DNA from: an uncultured Neisseria sp.
Lineage (GTDB): Bacteria; Pseudomonadota; Gammaproteobacteria; Burkholderiales; Neisseriaceae
Length of the DNA stretch: 45,559 nt
Direction of reading: 5' to 3'
Assembly (NCBI GenBank): GCA_927911515.1
Contig: CAKMQH010000186.1
Span: 1-45,559 of the forward strand
Below are positions 43,510-45,559 of the stretch, one piece after another; position 1 is the stretch's first letter; each line of letters opens with the position of its first letter. The notes beneath the pieces are model-generated. The model saw only the letters and a program-made list of their open reading frames with translations. It ran no database searches and was not told the DNA's origin. A program made the position numbers and the translations under genes.

Positions 43510-44662
43510 AACGGTCGGAATGTGGGCGAAAATCAAGCGCATCGTATCCGCCCCGATAGACCCGTGGCTGTTTTTCCCCATGCTCGCCATCTACATCATG
43601 AGCCTGTTTTTGCTCTATTCGGCGGACGGGCAGGATTTCGGACAGCTTGAACACAAAACCATGCACACCGTAACGGGCTTTGCGCTCCTCTGGTTTGTCG
43701 CTTCCTTCAAACCGCGTGATGCCGCAAAGGTTGCGCTGCCGATGTACCTGATTGGCGTGTTGCTGCTTGTCGCCGTCGAGGTTGCAGGCGTTACCGTCAA
43801 TGGCTCTACGCGCTGGCTGGAGCTGGGTTTCACACGCATCCAGCCGTCCGAAATCATGAAAATCGTCCTGCCCATGACCGTTGCTTGGTATTCCAACGGC
43901 ACGAAGGTCGTCTGAAATGGTTTCACTACATCATCGCCATGCTTTTAATCCTTATCCCCGTTGCGCTGATTTTGAAACAGCCTGACTTGGGTACGGCGGT
44001 TTTGATTATGGCATCGGGTATTTTCATCGTCTTTTTCGCAGGCCTACCGTGGAAAGTCATCTTTGCCGCCATCGTCGCCTTTGTTGCTGCATTGCCGCTT
44101 TTGTGGAACTACGGGATGCACGACTATCAGAAAACCCGCGTTCTGACGCTGTTTGACCCGACGCAGGACCCTTTGGGCGCAGGCTACCATATCATTCAGT
44201 CCATGATTGCCATCGGTTCGGGCGCGTTTGGGGAAAGGCTGGCTCAACGGCACACAAACGCATTTGGATTACATTCCCGAGTCCACGACCGACTTCATTT
44301 TTGCCGTGTATGGCGAAGAATTCGGTTTGATCGGCAACATCTTGCTGCTGCTGGTTTATTTCGTTATTCTGACGCGCGGACTGCTGATTGCCGCCAAAGC
44401 CCAATCGCTTTACAGCCGTACGCTTTCCGGCGCATTGACCATGACCTTTTTCTGTTATGCCTTTGTGAACATGGGCATGGTGAGCGGCATTTTGCCCGTT
44501 GTCGGCGTACCGCTGCCTTTGGTCAGCTACGGAGGTACGGCAACCCTCTCCATCATGATCGTACTTGCGCTACTGATGGGGATTTCCAGCGAACATAAAA
44601 CCAAACGCCGCTACGCATTCAACGACAAAGCGGATGTAAACGTCTCTACAAAAAACAAATAA
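43502..44662 (+). CDS. rodA: SEDS peptidoglycan polymerase RodA; frameshifts near 43892 and 44225
   Basis: GSTRWL, IQPSEIMK, KQPDLGT, GYHIIQSMIAIGSG, PESTTDFIF, GVPLPLVSYGG. Confidence 0.94.
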
Positions 44663-44673
44663 GGGAATGAAAA

Positions 44674-45330
44674 ATGGAATTAGGTGTAGAAATTGGCAAA
44701 CTTTTGGTTGCCTTCCTTGTACTGATTAACCCGTTCAGCGCGCTTTCGATTTACCTCGATTTGACACAGGATCACAGCACCAAAGAAAAACGCCGCATCG
44801 CCCGCACCGCCGCGCTTGCCGTCTTCATCGTCATTACCGTCTTCACATTGATGGGCGGAATGTTGTTGAAAATATTGGGCATCAGCGTCGGCTCTTTCCA
44901 AGTCGGCGGCGGTATTTTGGTCTTGCTCATCGCTATTTCCATGATGAACGGCAACGATAACCCCGCCAAACAAAATATCGGTGGAGATAAGGAAGAAGGC
45001 GTCGTGCAACACATCCAGAAAAACGCCAAAGCCATCGCCGTCGTTCCCGTCGCCATCCCCATTACCATCGGACCGGGCGGTATCTCCACCGTTATCATCT
45101 ACGCCTCAGCCGCCAAAAATTACAGCGATATTGCTTTGATCCTCGCCGCAGGCTTCCTTGTCAGCCTGATTTGCTACGCCATCCTCGTTGTTGCAGGACG
45201 AATCAGCAAAAAACTGGGCGCAACAGGGTTGACCATCCTCAACCGCATCATGGGCATGATGCTTGCCGCCGTTTCCGTAGAAATCATTGTCGCCGGATTG
45301 AAATCCATTTTCCCGCAACTGGCAGGCTAG
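44674..45330 (+). CDS. marC: MarC-family membrane protein
   Basis: LINPFSAL, SFQVGGGIL, AVVPVAIPITIGPGGIS, NRIMGMMLAAVSVE. Confidence 0.9.
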   Translation: MELGVEIGKLLVAFLVLINPFSALSIYLDLTQDHSTKEKRRIARTAALAVFIVITVFTLMGGMLLKILGISVGSFQVGGGILVLLIAISMMNGNDNPAKQNIGGDKEEGVVQHIQKNAKAIAVVPVAIPITIGPGGISTVIIYASAAKNYSDIALILAAGFLVSLICYAILVVAGRISKKLGATGLTILNRIMGMMLAAVSVEIIVAGLKSIFPQLAG

Positions 45331-45389
45331 TTCATCGGATTAGACAAGAAGCAAACATTGCTGCATATTTGTTTATCCTTGCCGATGTA

Positions 45390-45426
45390 AAAGGTCGTCT
45401 GAAAACAGGGTTTTCAGACGACCTTT
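45390..45426 (+). terminator. DUS hairpin after marC
   Basis: AAAGGTCGTCTGAAAAC-AGG-GTTTTCAGACGACCTTT. Confidence 0.75.
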
Positions 45427-45466
45427 AGTCTATTGGCTTTCTAAAAGTGCCAATATCCATCCAAAA

Positions 45467-45559
45467 TATAGTGGATTAAATTTAAATCAGGACAAGGCGA
45501 CGAAGCCGCAGACAGTACAGATAGTACGGCAAGGCGAGGCAACGCCGTACGGTTTAAAG
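45467..45559. mobile_element. Correia element, short form, truncated by the window end
   Basis: TATAGTGGATTAAATTTAAATCAGGACAAGGCGACG..., near-identical to the copy at 9298. Confidence 0.93.

Noticed and set aside
4561..45426. Recurrent short repeats as a CRISPR array or REP family
   Set aside because: They are dispersed DUS and DUS hairpins, with no regular spacers and no cas genes.

Overview
A 45.6-kb chromosomal segment from a commensal Neisseria. The dominant DNA uptake sequence is AGGTCGTCTGAA (AG-mucDUS, the N. mucosa/sicca/macacae dialect) and four Correia elements are present. Contents in order: a glycogen/maltodextrin cluster (in-frame malQ-glgB fusion, an inserted TetR-like + HlyD pair, glgX, glgP, with no glgC/glgA in the window); an orphan ECF-type permease; ftsK; greA; the minus-strand run cmk-rpsA-ihfB, zapE, ndk-rlmN-pilW-rodZ-ispG; uraA; an AT-rich secreted protein; cbpA-cbpM; recD; a ferredoxin-NAD reductase; gatC-gatA-gatB interrupted by two AT-rich orphan nuclease genes (PLD/HKD type and NucS-like PD-(D/E)XK type); and a full mreBCD-mrdA-rodA elongasome operon followed by marC. 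About 16 genes, including essential ones (rpsA, gatA, gatB), carry single-base indels mostly in homopolymer runs, so the frameshifts are treated as probable sequencing errors. Best leads: the methylase-free nuclease cassettes inside the essential gatCAB operon, a candidate kissing-loop RNA in the rpsA leader, the MalQ-GlgB fusion with an internal ribosome-binding site, and a retained but divergent elongasome. All family assignments come from motif recognition by eye; no database search was run.
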